Shown piece after piece: positions 11,191-24,500 of a DNA stretch of 64,000 nucleotides. Origin of the DNA: Naegleria gruberi (taxonomy: Eukaryota). The notes below the pieces were generated by a model. That model did not search any database. It was not told the origin of the DNA and worked only from the letters and a program-made list of their open reading frames with translations. Where the stretch lies: assembly GCA_000004985.1 (NCBI GenBank), contig GG738924.1; one strand, given 5' to 3'. Numbering within the stretch: the first letter of the stretch is position 1; every line of letters starts with the position of its first letter. Made by a program: the position numbers and the translations under genes.

Positions 11191-11868
11191 ATGGTCATCT
11201 TACAACTCAAGAAGATTATGGTCAATTCATCAGCATCATCGACATTGAATAATTCAGTGTCGTCACCACTGCATGCTGTTTCTGCCACTAACCACCACAC
11301 AACAACAACAAGTTTTGAATCATCCTCCAACCATTGTAAATCTTCCACTCCTTTTCTTGATTCATTTTCCTCTGCCTCAATGATTTCATCCAATGAATTA
11401 TTCAAAGATAGATTGGATTTGAAAAAGAAAAAACAACTCTCACTTAATAATTATCAAACATCCTCTCCAACTCTTAATGTTCAACTGACTCCTAGTACTC
11501 CTACAACTCCTCATTCACCAAGTCATTTGGCTCATTCTCCCAGAAATGGAAAGCAGCCACGGTCTCGAATGCAAACTACTGGAATCCATCTGAAAGAAAA
11601 AGTCATTGAAGAAATACCTAGTGTTTTTGATGTTTGTTTTGCAACAGATTTGAAAAAGGAATCCTCTCATCAATCTGGAACAATTCTGGAGAGTGATGAA
11701 CTGAAGCAATTGCAAGATACTCTATTGGCAGAGTATTGCAAACTCAGACCAGTCACCGTTCAGGTTGATAGAGAACAACGAGCTGACAAGACAGCTGTCT
11801 GCTCAATGAAACCACTCATTTCAATAACTCTTCAATTGCCCCATCTCAGTAGAAAGAAGAGAAACTAA
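11191..11868 (+). CDS. Hypothetical low-complexity (S/T/H-rich) protein
   Basis: The ORF has an ATG start and a TAA stop. Compositionally biased (NHHTTTTS, STPTTPHSPSH), no recognisable domain. Confidence 0.35.
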   Translation: MVILQLKKIMVNSSASSTLNNSVSSPLHAVSATNHHTTTTSFESSSNHCKSSTPFLDSFSSASMISSNELFKDRLDLKKKKQLSLNNYQTSSPTLNVQLTPSTPTTPHSPSHLAHSPRNGKQPRSRMQTTGIHLKEKVIEEIPSVFDVCFATDLKKESSHQSGTILESDELKQLQDTLLAEYCKLRPVTVQVDREQRADKTAVCSMKPLISITLQLPHLSRKKRN

Positions 11869-12972
11869 TAATAAATTATTCTAACTTGATGATAATTTCA
11901 GTGACGCAATTTTGTTATTCCAAATAAGTCTCGATTTCAAAAATGTTCTTCCATCCAATACAATCCCTTTTCTCATTCTTCTTTTAATGGAACTTGTTAT
12001 AGCAAAACCATTTGGAATTGAGCACTGTAATGTTTAATTGACTTGTATAATGTTTGGACAGGTCACGCCAACCAATAAAAATTTACCAGAAAACTTGAAA
12101 AGTTACCTTACTCAAATCAAATTATTGGTCCATTTATGGTCCATGTTTGGTAATAAAAAACGATTGAGGAAAAGGGACCCTTAATGAAAGAGCCACAAAA
12201 ACTCCGTAAAAAGCAAAGCATGTAGCACTGAATTTGCCAGTGGATCATTCATTATTGAAGATTAACACAGTAAATATTCCAATGCTCAGTCATCCAAAAA
12301 ATTAAATACATACTCTGTGAACAATAGTTGAACAAAATTGCAAATGTTTCCTCGATTACAATAGAAACTCCACGATAACACTCAATGGTTAAAAGGTTTC
12401 TATTTAATTGTCATACATTACAATCATCTTCCAATTCATAGATTTTTTCTTCAAAGAATTGAAACACCTCAATTCGAATCAATCCTACTTGCTTGTAGTT
12501 GATCATCACAGTAATCGTACTTAATTGCCCTCAATACTATTGAATTACAGAGAACAGACATTAATATGATAAACCAATTAAGCCCTGCTATTCAAATAAC
12601 CGCCAATATGTTGTAACACCCATTGCCAAACTTTGTTATTTTGTTTGTTTCAGCTCATGGAGTGTTGCTTTGCACTCCCGATCTCTCTTTCGTGGAACCC
12701 TGTATAATGAAAGCTGAGACAAGATATTTAATGGTTGTGATTGGGAACATTTCGGAAGTGGATTGTATGCAACCTTTACTTCTCTCTCTTCCATCATACA
12801 ATAGATATTTGAAAGAAGTCCAAAGTAATGAACATTGTTGGTAAAATTAACTCTGTTTCATTGGAGTATGAACAAGGGATTATAATTTTTTTGTGGTAAG
12901 ACACCTTTGTATGTATGTTCTTCAAAGAACACAGCAAGGTAGAACCAAATTCCCCGCAACATCGATTCAGCT

Positions 12973-14822
12973 ATGAAAGAAAAAAAAAGTATGCAAAGAC
13001 GCCACTACAAATCCAGCATACGGCAAACAGGGAAAAGTGGCGCATCAATTAAAGGAGCAACATTTGGCAATCAACACCACCACTGTAATGATACTACTAA
13101 TAACAATTTTACATCACCATCAATAACAACTACAACGTTACAACATCATAGTAAACCAATAGTGATTCGCAAGTCACAAAATACTGAATGGAGTTGCCAT
13201 CACCAACAAAGCCAACAATTAATGCTCTCTCCTTCCAATGCTGATGATTCGGAAGATAGTACGAGTCTCATGGAAGAGGAAGAGGATCCTTCATCAGTGC
13301 TCGAATGTACAGCCACTTCAACATCTTCAATAACAACAACAACATCGATAACCTCTTCAATACTTTCATCACAAGTTGTCTCTTCTTGCAGCACTACAAT
13401 TAACCCATTCGCATCATTTGCTCTTCTTCCTCCGATTAGTAAGTTATTGATTCATCCTTCTATTTTACTCAGCATTGAACCCAATTAGAAAATAGTCCTT
13501 CCCAATCCATTCTTCCAGAAACTACTACTACTACTACTACCGATAAACCCCAACCACTCAACATTCTTGCATTCAATCCAATCCTTAATTCAATTCACGA
13601 CGAACATGAATTGTTAAAGACCTTTAAGAAAGCTCAATCTTCACCACAATCACTCATATCAACTATTTTCAATTCATTCATAATGGAAACTCTATCCGAA
13701 TATCCAACTGATGGAACTTTTGATTTTGGGTGGACGAATCCAAATACTACTGTACCGAATTCTCCTGTTGCTTCTCCTTCCACTTCCCCTCTCGAGTTGG
13801 CTAGTCCATCCAACAACAATAATAGCTTACTGAGATTTGCCTTGACTAGCAATTTACCTTCTGCCATGCAATCGGATGAAACCAATCCAAAACCACTCTC
13901 CACCAAACTTGTACAAACACTTGTGAGACACCAAGAAGAAGCAAACTCTGGTCCATTCCCAATACTGGACCCAAATGCTGTGCCTGACGAACCATTCTTC
14001 ACCTCATTCGAAACTATGAATGATTTGTTGAAGGAACATGAACGAGGTGATTTGGAATCATTCCTCCTTGCCTTACCACCTGTGAAGAAGTGTTTATGTG
14101 ATAGAAAGGCCCTCCACTGTTGTGTCTGTGGCCACGTAGGTTATGGGACAGCAAAAGATTTGTATCTGCCCAACTTGTCTACTGGTATAACTCAATCGAG
14201 ACGCCTCTTGCTACCATCTCTCAGTTCCACACTGAAAGGTAAAAAGCTGATAGCCGAAAAGAAGAAAGACCTCATGATGGACGTGTACAGAAAATCCCAA
14301 TCATCCATGATGAATGCAAGATTCCCAATTTTCCTCTCCATTTCCCATCCTGGCCACCTCCAACCTCCTTCAACGCCAGCTCCAAAACTCACCATCCCAG
14401 GAACTTTTTGTTGTGGCATGACCTATGAGATTTTTGTAAAGGTTTTTATTGCAAAACATTCACAATACAAGCAATTCTCCTCCATTGAACAAATGATGGA
14501 TATTAAGAGAGATTGGTTCTGTGAGAAGGAAGACGAAGATGATGAAACCTACAAACAAGGTTGTTACAAGGCACTCATGACACGAAATTTGGGAATACAT
14601 GTCGAGTCAATTAGTGATGCTATAAAGGGTGATTTCATTCAGTTCTGGAGGCATAACGGTACAGGTCATAGTGTTATTTTCAATAGCTTGAGTGAGGATG
14701 GTACTGAATTCGAGTATTGGTCCTCACAACGATCAACCAAAGGGCTGGGCTTCAACAAGGAAAATGTCTCTTCCATAACAAACTTTTACATTGTAAGATT
14801 AAAAGATGAACCAGCTGTTTAA
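12973..14822 (+). CDS. Hypothetical protein with poly-Thr/Ser tracts and a Cys cluster, 2 exons (12973..13438, 13489..14822)
   Basis: ORFs 12973..13488 and 13611..14822 are joined by a 50-nt intron 13439..13488 (GTAAGT...CAATTAG). The stop of ORF 1 lies inside the intron. The downstream frame is open from 13479 and contains CLCDRKALHCCVCGH. Ends in TAA. Confidence 0.45.
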
Positions 14823-15069
14823 TATTATTTTCATCATAATAATAACTTAAAGTTTACCATCATGATCTCTTTACCTTTTAACGTATGTTTCTAATAATCA
14901 TTGGAATGGGAATGGTACTTTCCAAGAATATGATTCCTTTAAAAAACGAAATTCCTTACTTGGAAATTTCTCATTTTCAAAACTACTTTCAAAAAATTAG
15001 ACGAATACGCTTTGCACAAGAAACTAGTTTCAAAAAGCACTTGTTTGAAGTCAATCCTGCTAAGAAGAA

Positions 15070-18000
15070 ATGGAACTCACCCTATTAACATTCAATTTGA
15101 TATTTGGCACTTCCCTTATCATTCTCTATCTGGTAGGATTGGTAGCTTGGAAATATTACGATAAGAAACAACGACTTTTCAGAAAGGATATTCTCAAGAG
15201 AGTTTCTCGTCATGTCAATTCTACTCGAAAGGGAGAACATCACGTCAGCCAACATGAACCTCTTGAATCCTCTCCTCCTATAGTTATCTTTCCACTCTCA
15301 AGACAAGAAATTTATCCATACGAAAAGCAAGAAACTTTCCCCTCTCAAACCCACACTCCATCCTCGCATAGGATAAGAAGAAGTTCTATCGACTGTACTC
15401 ATTTACATCAATCGTTGCACTCGTCCACTTCATTACACTACGATCATCACAAGTGGATTAAAATAATGTGGGATTTATACGAATTACTTCCACCAGTGCC
15501 TTATTTGAGTGTATTGATTCAGTATTTGAGTGATCCTGTGGTGTTTGTTGAGAGATGTGCAAAGATTTATGGTCCTTGCTTTTCAATTTATGCTTGGTTT
15601 GGTATCAAGTGGACTTTTATGGTGGGACCAGATTCGAATAGAATTTTCTTTTCAGATATTGAGGGAAAACAATCGAATTTGTTTAATCCTTTAATTGATT
15701 ATAGTAAAGCTTCTGAAATGTTGAATAAGGCATTTGAGAGAAGTGACATCTTGCCAAGAAACCATCAAATTTGCTTGCCTTTCATTTCCAGAAGAGTGAG
15801 ATGGCATCCACTTGAAAACGAACCTGAACTAAAGGAGGAGCCAATCTCCAAGAAACAACTATTAACTGAAAAAGAACATTTGAAACAAATGCTTCATGAA
15901 GGTTTCTCCTCCATTCAACCACTCTCTGAATTTGTTTTAGAAAATATTCGAAAGGAAGTCAAAAGCTCACTCTTCCACCTCAATCACATCAATTTGGATT
16001 TTGTTGATAAGAATGAAATGCCAGCCATAGCCGAAGCAGATCTAGAAACTCCAAAGCAATTATTTGGCATTACGAAGACATTTTCACCGAAGGTTTAAAG
16101 AAGCAACAATTCAATGATCAAGTTTTAGTGATGGGTGACGTTTTTTCACACATGTCTCGATTTGTTATCAAGTCAGTGTTGAGAAGCATCTTTGGATCAA
16201 CTTTTGCCAAGAGTCATGGTGATGAGTTGTCAGAAATTGTTTCAACTTTGCAAGTTTCTTGTTGTGATCCATTAATGATGTGTTATTATAACTTTTTTAG
16301 GTTTAAACTGTTAGAAAATGTTTGGGTTCCTAATAAGGTTTATGAAATTGAATTGAAGAAGAAGAGATTACACGAATTATTGTTCAGAGAAATTGAGAGA
16401 CATGTCAAAATTTATCAATTTAACATGACAAATGCCAGCACTAAGAAACCATGCTTGAAGAATACCAATTATGCTAACAATTCTCTTAAAACATATGGCT
16501 GCTACATGGACTATGTCTTGGAAAATCTTGGACCTAACCTTTCCAAATATGGATCCACAATTGAGCACACCATGTCCATCTACGCCATTCACTTTGAAGA
16601 ATTGATTCTCTCTGTTCACAAACATGAAGTAACCAACCTATCCTGGACAATCTGTCACTTGGCACAAGATCAATCCCTCCAAGATAAGGTAAGAAAGGAA
16701 ATCTTCCAATTTCAAGATGAATTGAAAAATCAAATGACCAGTTTAATTTCACAGAAAACAGATACAGAAGAGTATTTGAGCAAATTTGATCATTTGAATG
16801 GAGTAATGAATGATAATAACTTTGATGAGCCTAGAAAGGAGCTTTTGGAAGGTATTCATACACTCAAAAAGGAAGATTTGGATTTGCTCAATAGGGTGAA
16901 TAGCATGGACGAAACCCCACCGACAACATTTTCTGCCAATGATATTTCAGATCCATTTGCTTCACATACTTCATTGGATACAATTCCATCTGAGAGTATT
17001 GGTACTCTTTCAAGTGCTCCTTCCTCACCGGTTGGTTTCGTTCCCTCTCCATTTTCTCGTTCGAATGATGAGTTGAAAGAGAATACATTCCCTTCAGATC
17101 AAGATACAATTAATTATACTGAGGAGCAAATTATTACTGGAGAATTGATTCCTCCTCACTATTTGAATGTCAATAGAACAGTATCTCCATCCAAGACAGA
17201 ACAATTAACATTGCCAAATATGGATAATTTGAGTTTGGCTGCTCAAGCACCAATGCAATCTATTGCTCAATCCAAGAATTATGATTTCAATGTGGAGACT
17301 ATTAGTCCAGATCTTGTACATAAGGGATTGGTTCAAAAGAAACTCTTGTTCAATGCTTTATTTGTTGAAAGTGTTCTTTCTTCCAGTTTCGACAAGCAAT
17401 TCGAATCCATGCACCACTCAGGCCTCCTCAATCCAGATGAAAACAACCTCAGACTCCTAGACGCATGCTTTAAAGAAACTACTCGTCAATATTCTTTGAA
17501 ATTCATGACAGGCAAGACGACCAAACTAGACTTTAGAACTCTTCGTTATTTCAATTATGACATTCCGAGCGGACAATTCGTTTCCATCGTTCCATACTTT
17601 TCACATCACTCGAAGGAATATTTCCCATTCGAAACTCATACCTACAGACCAGAAAGATTCTTGGAATTGTATCACCCAGATGAGAAGGAAGAAACTCCAA
17701 CCATTGAAGTTTCGAATAGTGACACTGAGAAACAACAAGTACTTCGTGGTGGACCATCTGAAGTTTCTGAATTATCCTTCAACAAGTCCAATTCCATTGA
17801 AGAAGATCGCTCCTTAATGAACAAATTGAGAGTTGACCAAGCATTCACTCAATACGGATATGTTCCTTGCAAATCCCATCAACAAATTGTCAAGAATGGT
17901 GAATCTATCGAAAGTAACACTAGTGTTCTATTGGATACTTGTTTGGGTTGTAATTTCATTCATCTTTCGAGTAGAGTTTTCGTTATTGAACTTTTAACTC

Positions 18001-18128
18001 ATTACAAGGTGGAAATTCCTCAATGGCAAAAAGCTGATGTTTCATCCAACAGATATTTAAGTTCTGAGAGTCATGATTGTGCATTCCCTATTCATCCAGT
18101 TGCTCTCGTCCTCAATCCATTCCTCTAA
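15070..18128 (+). CDS. Cytochrome-P450-fold protein, divergent, with an N-terminal TM anchor and a roughly 300-aa S/T/P-rich insertion; the two ORFs 15070..16098 and 16128..18128 have an unresolved junction
   Basis: P450 N-terminal block LPPVPYLSVLIQYLSDPVVFVERCAKIYGPCFSIYAWFGIKWTFMVGP. I-helix-like LILSVHKHEVTNLSW (the conserved Thr is Val here). K-helix ETTR, meander PERF, L-helix-like CNFIHLSSRVFVIELL. The canonical FxxGxRxCxG heme loop is not recognisable. Both frames are open across 16017..16130. The only in-phase GT/AG pair there lies 8 nt apart, so this is a frameshift or an unresolved tiny intron. Confidence 0.5.
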
Positions 18129-18239
18129 AAACTCATTTATTAGATTATTTAATTCTCATTGTAAAGTAGTATTTAATTTTCATCAAATAAGGAAATTCAA
18201 TAAAATACAAAAAAAACTATTAAGAAACAACAAAAAAAA

Positions 18240-18817
18240 ATGCTTTCAAATATTTGTCATAATATGGGTGTTTCCGAGAGTGATTGGAACAAGATGGACC
18301 ACAACTTGGCCACTTGCAACATCTCCGATGAAGACACTTTAAATTCATTCAATAGATATCAAGATTACTCACCACTCACTAAGACAGTGATGGGAAGTAT
18401 TAAGATTGATACCTCCATGAAGGAAGATGCCGTTTTGAAGAGATATTTCAAATTTAAGGAAGGCACGGTGCAGTTGAAGATTACTAGAGAGTTTCAAGAA
18501 AAGTTAGAGTAGGTTTTTATGAAGAATTGATTTGATAATTATTATGTTTTGTATTTTCGGAATTTTATATTAATTTTGAATATGATTTTCTAATTGATGA
18601 TGTAATGGAATTTTAAATTGTATTGAATTGAAAAAGAACCATTGATGAGGTTTCGAGTGTTTTAGTTTCGTTTTTCCCTCAATTCTTTTGTCTTGAGGTT
18701 ACGTGCTCACCAGCAAATTTTGAAATAGTGGAAGAAAAGCTGAAGGAGGATATTGAAAGTGGATGGGTAAGATTATTGGTTTTGGATCCTCTTTCTGATG
18801 ACGACGAAGAGGAATAA
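18240..18817 (+). CDS. Possible small 2-exon gene encoding an acidic-tailed protein (exon 1 18240..18508, exon 2 about 18658..18817)
   Basis: A-run before the ATG. The terminal TAG of ORF 1 overlaps GTAGGT. A 62-codon open exon downstream ends ...WVRLLVLDPLSDDDEEE then TAA. The only phase-compatible acceptor (CGAG at 18657) is weak. Confidence 0.25.
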
Positions 18818-19027
18818 TTGTTTTAAACATTTAAATAATTTGTAAATAATATTAATACCATCAACTCTTCAATTAATTCAATAACAATTAATTCAATTAT
18901 TGAATTAATCAGATTTTGTATGAATCAATATGATTTCTCCATGGATCATCGGTTCCTTTCCGAATACCTTCCGATTCCCAAAGATTGTTTTATTATAAAA
19001 TTGAATTAATTTTACAATAAAAAAACA

Positions 19028-20716
19028 ATGCAACAACAAGAAGTGACAATGAACCTCTCACTCCTTGATGAAAATCTTCTCGGATCTATATTTTCCTTTG
19101 TTCCTATCAATAGATTGGCACTCCTATCACAATCTCGATTAGATTTAGTCTGCAAGAATTTCTACCATTTTCTCCATTTCAAAATTAATTTCTGGCAAAG
19201 AATTTATGGAAGGGAAGTTGATGAAACCAGTTCACAAACCAATCAATCGTACAAGCATACTGTACATTATGTTTTGGAGGAGAAGGAAGCACATGATACA
19301 AAGATTTCAGATGATGAGGAAGGTGATGAGAATTTGATTGATAGCAGTCAATTTTTGTACAGACCTGAACAATATAGTGAGGAAGATAAAAGACAAACTG
19401 ATGTTTTCAGGTGGATGTTGGTTCATTTGATACAGTCGAAGGATAGATTGAGTGTGGGAGGTAATGCTGTGAAGGAGAATTTTCAAGTTGTCTCTTCAAT
19501 CATGACTGAGAGTATTCATTCAAATACTTGCTTTGCCATTTGTAATGTATTTAATAGACATACAGAGTTGATTGCTTCTGGAACTCGTGATGGATTGATT
19601 CATATCTATACTCGAGATTATGGAAAGGAATTTTCTGAGAGATATAACCTTATCAAGAATGATGATGAATACATGCAGGAATCTGACTCTGATTACAAAT
19701 TCAGTCTCAGAGTTAAAAGTGCACACAATGATGAAATTACATGCATGAAATTCTTGAATTCTCAATACTTTACCAAGAGGTCAATGCACTCTGACAATAT
19801 CAATTCTCTTATCCTCCTCACTGGCTCAAAGGATAGAACTCTCAAGATGTGGAAAATTACCTTCTCAGAATTTGAAACATTGAGCGGTAAGAGAAGTATT
19901 TCCATGAAATTAGTTGCCACTTTAGATTCCCATCAGGATTGGATTCGTGACATTACTCTCATCAGTCAACATCCAACTAAGATTGTTACCACATCAAGAG
20001 ATAAGACAATCAAGATTTGGGATTTGAATAGATTGGATAAAGAAATAACTATTGATTTACCAAGTACCTTAGCATGGACTGTAGCAGATCACTTGGATAA
20101 AGGCTATCTCATTGTTGGGTTGGCGAATGGTAATTTACAATTCTATGATGTAATGGGAGGAAAGTTAATATATCAAATGAAAGCTCACTCTGACCTCATA
20201 TCTGACATTCTCTATGTTTCCAATCAGATTAATCCAGATTCTCCTAAACAATTAATTCCACTCATTATTACTATTTCCTACGACAAGTCCATCTCCATAT
20301 TTAATGCCCTTACTTTGGAGAGAGTTATACAAGTGAGTGAAGCTCATTCGACACCTCTGTTTTCTCTTGCATCGAATGGAAAGGATTGTTTCACTACATG
20401 CTCAGTTGACCAATTCGCCAAGCAATGGAAAATAGAGAGGAATGATTGTAAACTAGAGCAGCTACTTATTGGACCAGAGAAGCACAAACAGCTGGTTTCC
20501 CCAAGTCCAGTCAGCTCTATCCTCGAAATTAGCAGTATGTTTAGCACGAGAGAATGTAAAATTGTAACAAGTGGAAGCAAATCATCCAATCCAAGTGCCC
20601 AAGTGATTCATTGGAATATTTATCAGTATGGATATCAGATCAGCAATCTAAGGAAGAGAAGAGACACTACTGTTTCCCAAATGTTCTCCTCACTCCAAAG
20701 AATCAGTACTCTGTGA
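19028..20716 (+). CDS. F-box / WD40-repeat protein (562 aa)
   Basis: F-box LSLLDENLLGSIFSFVPINRLALLSQSRLDLVCKNFYHF. WD40 signatures LTGSKDRTLKMWKI and TTSRDKTIKIWDL. Ends in TGA. Confidence 0.65.
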   Translation: MQQQEVTMNLSLLDENLLGSIFSFVPINRLALLSQSRLDLVCKNFYHFLHFKINFWQRIYGREVDETSSQTNQSYKHTVHYVLEEKEAHDTKISDDEEGDENLIDSSQFLYRPEQYSEEDKRQTDVFRWMLVHLIQSKDRLSVGGNAVKENFQVVSSIMTESIHSNTCFAICNVFNRHTELIASGTRDGLIHIYTRDYGKEFSERYNLIKNDDEYMQESDSDYKFSLRVKSAHNDEITCMKFLNSQYFTKRSMHSDNINSLILLTGSKDRTLKMWKITFSEFETLSGKRSISMKLVATLDSHQDWIRDITLISQHPTKIVTTSRDKTIKIWDLNRLDKEITIDLPSTLAWTVADHLDKGYLIVGLANGNLQFYDVMGGKLIYQMKAHSDLISDILYVSNQINPDSPKQLIPLIITISYDKSISIFNALTLERVIQVSEAHSTPLFSLASNGKDCFTTCSVDQFAKQWKIERNDCKLEQLLIGPEKHKQLVSPSPVSSILEISSMFSTRECKIVTSGSKSSNPSAQVIHWNIYQYGYQISNLRKRRDTTVSQMFSSLQRISTL

Positions 20717-21536
20717 TGAAGCTATTGGAAGTAATTCCTTCAGATATCATGTTGAGAAACTTTACCATCAGCGCTAATCGAGTGATTTGTATTGCTGATT
20801 TTGTGCCACATGCCTCGAGAGAGACTATGAGAGAAAACTTCTTAACTCAAAAGAGAGCTGCTATTTGTATGTGGACTCTCTAATCTGTTGTTGAATTAAA
20901 TATTTAATTTCTTCTTGTTTCTATTGTAAGCTTAATTATATTGTAAGAACCCTATTAAGAAACAAAAAAATGTAAAAGCAGTAAATTATTAAATATTAAT
21001 TGATAATCTCTATCTGTGCTTCAATTTTCGTATGTAAGGATAGGGAAGAAAGAGAATGGAATACCTTGATGATAAATATTCTCTTGATAACACCATCGAA
21101 TGGGAAAAGGTAGTGCGAAGTACTATCTAGATAGATTACTGGTTATTACAATATGGTCAATTAGGTTGTTAGTAATTGCAAATAAATATTATATTAATTA
21201 TGAACACAATCTACAACAAGCCTTTCCAATTAGCATAGTACTGTTGTTGTTGGTGTAATTGTTATTGGATTTTATCATCTTCATCTTCAAGCCATATGTG
21301 AAGTTGGTGAAAAAACGTTGTGAGTGAATAGAAAAAAAATAAAAAACTACATTGCATTTTTTAATCAAAAAAAATATCAAGTCTTGTTGGCTACTCACTC
21401 TATTGTTTTTTTGTTGTGAACAATTCTTGATTTTTGTACAAAGATTGATACACTAGACTACTCTACTACTACCTCTACAACTATAATAGTTGTATACAAA
21501 CTACTTTATATAATTTATTAACTAATTTATAGGAAA

Positions 21537-24500
21537 ATGATGGACGATAATAATCCTAACATGGATGATATGGAATACGAAGATGATGAACAAATGGACT
21601 ATGAAGACAATAACCAATACGCTGGTATTTCTATGGAAGATGATCAACAAAACTTCAACTTTAACGAAGCTGATGAACTGAAAGTACAAGAAGATGTCTG
21701 GCCAGTCATTACAGCCTTCTTTGATCAAAAAGGAGGTCTCGTAAGACAGCAATTGGACTCTTTTAACGTATTTATTCAACAAACTATTCAAGAACTTGTC
21801 GAAGGTACATCAGAAATTATGCTCTCCAGTAGTGCTTCATACAAAGTTGGCCAAAAGAGAGACCAACAACAAAATCAACCACAATTCAAGTATAATATCA
21901 AGTTTGGACAAATCTATTTATCTAGACCAACAGTAGATACCAAGTCTGAACAAATTGAAGCTTACTCCTCCGTATATCCTAATGATGCTCGTCTGAGAAA
22001 TCTTACCTATTCAAGTCCACTCTATGTAGACATTCACGAAAAGAAGATTACTCTCAGGCCCGGATCAACAGCAAACATTTATACAGCCCAAGTTGGTGAA
22101 GAAGATACAGATGACTTTATTGTGCAAAGCAAAATCCATAATCAAATTCCACTCGGTTCTATTCCTATCATGCTTCGTTCTGTCTATTGTATGTTGAGTG
22201 AAGTGCAGGATGTTACCGATGTTGGTGAATGTCCATTCGACTCTGGTGGTTACTTTATTATTAATGGTGGTGAAAAAGTTATTATTGCTCAAGAACGTAT
22301 GGCCACTAACCATGTATATGTTTTCAAAAAGGCAATGAGTAAGTTCAGCTATGTTGCTGAAATCCGTTCTTCACAAGAAGGTGGCTACAGAGCACCAAGT
22401 GGATTTTTCATTAAAATGGAACCTAAGCAAGGTAATAAGAAGGGTGGTATTGGTGGATTAATTCATGCCACAATTCCATATATTAGACAAGATATCCCTA
22501 TTGTCATTTTGTTCAGAGCTTTGAGTTGTCAAGCCGATAAGGAAATTATCAAACATATTATCTATAATTTGAACGATGGTCAAATGATGGAACTTTTGCG
22601 TCCATCTTTGGAAGAAGCTGTTGCTGTTCTTTCAAACACTGTAGCTTTGGATTATATTGGTAAGAGAGGTAACACTCTTGGTGCCAGTCAAGAAAAACGT
22701 ATGAATCATGCTGAAGAAATTTTACAAAAGGAAATGCTTCCACACGTTGGTATTGGTGACACTTCATACGATCGTAAAGCTTACTTTATCGGATACATGG
22801 TCCATCGTTTATTATTGGGTGCTCTAGGTAGAAGACCATTAGATGATCGTGATCACTATGGTAACAAGCGTTTGGAATTGGCTGGTGGTTTGTTGCAAGG
22901 TTTATTCTTACAATTATTCAAGAAGGTTGTTAAGGAAATGGAATCAACATTGAAAAAGTCAATTTTGAAATCATCAGAAATTGATGTTGCTCCAGCTGTC
23001 AATAAGAGAACTATTACCAAGGGTCTCCAATATTCACTTGCCACAGGTAACTGGGGTGTCCAAGGTTCTAGAGATATTCGTGCTGGTGTTGCTCAAGTGT
23101 TGAATCGTTTGACATATACTTCAACTTTATCTCACTTGCGTAGATTGAACACACCAATTGAAAGATCAGGTAAACAAGCTGCTCCTAGACAATTGCACAA
23201 CACTCAGTGGGGTGTTATTTGTCCAGCTGAAACTCCAGAAGGTGGTGCTTGCGGTTTGGTCAAGAACTTGGCTTTAATGTCTTATATTACTGTCGGTACT
23301 GACAAGACTCACATTTCTAAAATGTTGGACGAATTGGGTATTAACAAGTTGCACGAATTGGACGAATCTGATTTGAACAAGTACACTAAAGTTTTCCTTA
23401 ATGGTATGTGGATGGGTGTTCACCACACCCCAGATGAATTGGTTAAACACTTGAGAGTCTTGAGAAGAACTGGTGCTGTCGATATGCAAGTCAGTATTGT
23501 TCGTGATGTTAGAGAAAGAGAAGTTAGAATTTGGTGTGACAGTGGTCGTTGTGCTAGACCATTATTCATTGTTGATCGTGATCATGATACATTATTCATT
23601 AAGAATCAACATGTTCAAGCTCTTCGTGAAAATACCATGAACTGGGACAATTTATTAGAACAAGGTCTTGTTGAATTGATTGATACTGAAGAAGAAGAAT
23701 CAATCATGATTGCTATGGACTTTAGAGAACTTGTAGAAAAGAGATCATCTGCCAATGAAGGCAAATCTAGGAAGGGTGGTAGTAGGCAACCATATACACA
23801 CGCAGAAATTCACCCTAGTATGATTCTTGGTATTCTTGGTTCAATTATTCCATTCCCTGATCACAACCAATCTCCTCGTAACACTTACCAATCTGCGATG
23901 GGTAAGCAGGCTATGGGTGTCTATATTACAAACTTCCAACAACGTATGGATACTCTTGCCCACGTTTTGTACTATCCTCAAAGACCTCTTGTTACAACTC
24001 AACCTATGGAATATTTACGTTTTGGTGAACTTCCTGCTGGTCAAAATGCTGTTGTCGCCATTGCTTGTTACTCTGGTTACAACCAAGAAGACTCTGTCAT
24101 TATGAACCAAAGTGCCATTGATCGTGGTTTGTTCCGTTCTGTATTTTATCGTACCTACAGTGATCACGAAAGAAAGAAGGGTAACTTTTTATTGGAAAAC
24201 TTTGAAAAACCAAAACGTGATACTACAGCTGGTATGAAGACAAGTACCTATGAAAAGCTTGAAGATGATGGTATTATTGCTCCTGGTGTTAGAGTATCTG
24301 GATCTGATATCATTATTGGTAAGACTGTTCCACTCCCAGAAGAATCAGCTAAGCAAAAGACAAGTCGTCAAACCAGACTTGATATGAGTACTCCTTTGAG
24401 AAGTAATGAAAACGGTATTGTTGATACAGTTGTTGTTACAACAGATTCTGAAGGTTTCAAATTTGTCAAGATTAAGGTTAGAGTTGTCAGAATTCCTCAA

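Noticed and set aside
16093-16100. 8-nt 'intron' GTTTAAAG that would join the two P450 ORFs in phase
   Set aside because: It is far below any plausible spliceosomal intron length. I kept it as an unresolved frameshift or indel instead.
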